NCBI GenBank assembly: GCA_038496445.1
Contig: JALMLS010000605.1
Coordinates: 1 to 64,000 of the forward strand
Length of the DNA: 64,000 bases
Reading direction: 5' to 3'
Source of the DNA: Trichosphaerium sp. ATCC 40318
Lineage: Eukaryota > Protista > Tubulinea
Position 1 is the stretch's first letter; each line of letters opens with the position of its first letter. The notes beneath the pieces are model-generated. The model was not told the DNA's origin. It saw nothing but the letters and a program-made list of their open reading frames with translations, and made no database searches. Shown one piece after another: positions 61,483 through 64,000 of this stretch. The position numbers were made by a program, and so were the translations under genes.

Positions 61483-63558
61483 TTACGCTCTTTTGTACAC
61501 GGTTGTTGCAAAATTAAAGCTTATGGCTTTGCCTGATGCATCTACATCAAAGTACATGTACTCGTCTACAAAAAATAGTTATGAAACAACTGAGCAGAAA
61601 AAAAAGCGAAATTGTGAGTCGTTTTTGTACTATTACTGCCATCATCTAATCCTCTACATCCTTCTGGAGCAATTTGGTGAACCTTGAACGCATGGTTTTC
61701 GTAGTATGACATGTTGTAAATGTTTGATGCAACACCATTAGATACAGACGCTAAGAACATGACGCCATCTTGCACTAAATAAGCATCGTTTGTTAGTACA
61801 CACAAATTGCCTTTTGATTTTAACCGTACGTTGTACTTTCAATGTGCCGTCTCCGTATGTGCCGGTGTACGCTGTTGGATTTGATGGTAGAGGAGGCTTT
61901 TTTTGGTTGGCCCACAAGTACTTGGTGACAACTGGTGACAGAATGTCTAGGGCTGGTAGAGTCCACACCTGATTCCTCGTTAGCACTTATTATTACAAAT
62001 TTCTGAACATACAGTTGGCTCACTGACGCCATTCATAGCACATGTGAATACACCAAGTTTTAGTGGAGGAATCAATGCGATTTGTGATCTGTAACCGTTG
62101 AGGAATCCTGCTTTTGATTTAATCCAGTATGGTGCTTGGTACTTCAATTCCCAAGGTTGACCATAACCTTGGTATCCATCTAACGCATAAGTGAGCCATT
62201 GTTTCAATAGTTAAAGGTCAAGTACATGCCTCTATCTAAGATTACTGCGCTCATCATCTCGCGTATGGAGGAGCCATCAATGACCTGTCCTGAGGTTGCA
62301 TTTGAGGCTTTGTTGTCGCGGAATAACATCTTCATCTACGGAATCATTAATACAGCACTTGTGGAATTTTTTTAATATTGTACGAGTTGCGCCATGCCGT
62401 GAGCACTGCAAAACATGCCACCCATAGGATTACCCCAACCAAGATTTTCTATTGGTACTGCAGTTCCATCATGGATACCAACTGCCTAACGTATATTGTT
62501 TAAGTTGGTGTTGGGTTGTAGTAATGATAGGTACCAGAGTTTGTTTTATTTTCTCATAGTCGAAGGTACACCCGTCCATTTGTAGAGGACCAAGTATATT
62601 CTCTTCGACAAAAGACTCATACGTCTTACCAGTAACTTTCTCTATTAAAGAATCCATTAATAAATGTGACAAGCATGTACTGGATAACTGTACCTAGTGC
62701 TCGTCCAAGCATGGCCAATCCCAAGTTTGAGTAATGTGGTCTTTCGTATTGAGGAAGTACAAGGTATCTTGACTGGAGACGCTCAAGAATTTCATCCTCA
62801 GAGCATTTTATACCTTGGCTGTTCCAAACACATGGGATCTGGGTAATAGTCAGCGATGGTGCTATTTAGTGGTCATTGACATGCCTCTCTTTGTAAACCG
62901 CTAGTGTGTGATGCAAGTTGCCTGAGAGTTATTGGCCTGTTAGTGTTGTATGGGTCTAACACTTTGAAACCAGGAATGTGTTTTGTTAAAGGATCTTCCA
63001 AGCTCACCTATTACGTTTTTTTGTATTGTATTATTCCATAAAAGGATGCGCACCTTTCCAGCATCACGTAGCGTGAACATCATAAGATCTGTGAATACCT
63101 TGGTGAGAGAAGCGAGTCTTACTCTAACAAAAAACAGTTGGCGTTAGTGGACACGTGAGTCTGCATTAAAAGCAGTGCTATCTTTCGTAGCGTACGGTGT
63201 GTGTTCGTTTGTTGGAAGGGAAGTGGCGTTGAAAGGATTTTGTTTGCCATAGCCCTGTATCATCGTCAAAAACGCGAATTTTACATTGAAAAGTACGTTA
63301 CCTTGCAAAATAGTATCTCTTGGTCGTACACTACGCACGAAACGAGGCTAGGGAGTTTTTCTGAAACTACCGCCTTTGTGAACAGCGCTACTTCATGTAA
63401 GTATATCATCGCCATACCAGCGTACCGTCTATGTCAGAAATGGCACTTTTGATGCTTTGGTCATTGATGTTTAATGGTACAGTGTCAGGGTACACGGGAC
63501 AGGAAGCGCTTACAAGCGTTATACACGCTAAAGCGGCAACGACTAGAAAGTTTAGCAT
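61483..63558 (-). CDS. Secreted beta-lactamase/AmpC-family serine hydrolase
   Basis: Signal peptide MLNFLVVAALACITLVSA; RLASLTKVFT (SxxK); ITLRQLASHTSGL; HYSNLG (YxN); PMGGMFCS; KAGFLNGY. Confidence 0.9.
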
Positions 63559-63597
63559 TTATGCTTAACCAGTTTTGCTTAAGCTCCACATTGTGTC

Positions 63598-64000
63598 ATG
63601 CTTACTAGAGCGGCGTTGTATACGCGTGGCGGTCGTAGTGGTCGTTGGACAAACAGCAGAAGCTATGCTACACATTCATCTGGAAACAGTGGTCGTAGAA
63701 TACCAGGCGACATTGTGGAGCGCGTAATATATGCATAATAGTTACAGTAGATCATTTTTTTTTGTAGCCATCGTTTAAAACACTATTCAAATCAGCTGTG
63801 GGACAAAAGCGTATCGCTCAGGGCGATGTTACCTTTCCATTAAATGTCATGTTTCTAAACGGAGCACCTGGGTCCGGAAAGAGCACATATAGAGGAAAAA
63901 TAGCCTCCTCACTGGGTGAGTTCGCGTTCTAGAACTAAATCAAGGCTAAGCTTAGAAAAATAGGCATAAAAGCAGAACCTATTGTAATGTCTTCATTATT
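63598..64000 (+). CDS. Adenylate kinase-like P-loop protein with mitochondrial presequence (truncated by window end)
   Basis: MLTRAALYTRGGRSGRWTNSRSYA presequence; FPLNVMFLNGAPGSGKST; EPIVMSSL. Confidence 0.7.

Overview
Gene-dense eukaryotic nuclear DNA of about 40% GC. It has many short spliceosomal introns (mostly 45-60 nt; donors usually GTAC/GTAA/GTGC), so the supplied ORFs are exon fragments. Gene content suggests a free-living, probably amoebozoan-like protist; this is inference. By hand-splicing I can support about 25 protein genes. In order they are: two-domain secreted Cu/Zn SOD, REV1, RasGAP-CARMIL-like LRR protein, long filamin, FYVE-like protein, Skd3/CLPB, nucleoside hydrolase, RNase Z, D-amino-acid aminotransferase, secreted DsbA-like protein, CYTH-like protein, RhoGAP, ARMC7, WBP11, a Ku-binding-motif orphan, NOP9, TCAIM-like, FrnE-type DsbA, annexin, two small orphans flanking an EF-hand protein, UBLCP1-like phosphatase, ankyrin-RasGEF, PPIE-type RRM, beta-lactamase-family hydrolase, and a truncated adenylate kinase-like gene. 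The first ~3 kb is different: a decayed, almost CpG-free transposon-like block, with a TSD-flanked truncated U6 retrocopy at its left edge. The best leads are the sharp CpG-depletion domain, the U6 retrocopy, two candidate U12-type introns with a shared variant consensus (plus ARMC7), a candidate intronic box C/D RNA in a spliced non-coding host, a structured element in an oversized SOD intron, and a Ku-binding-motif orphan. Exon boundaries and some start/stop positions were read by eye and need RNA-seq confirmation.
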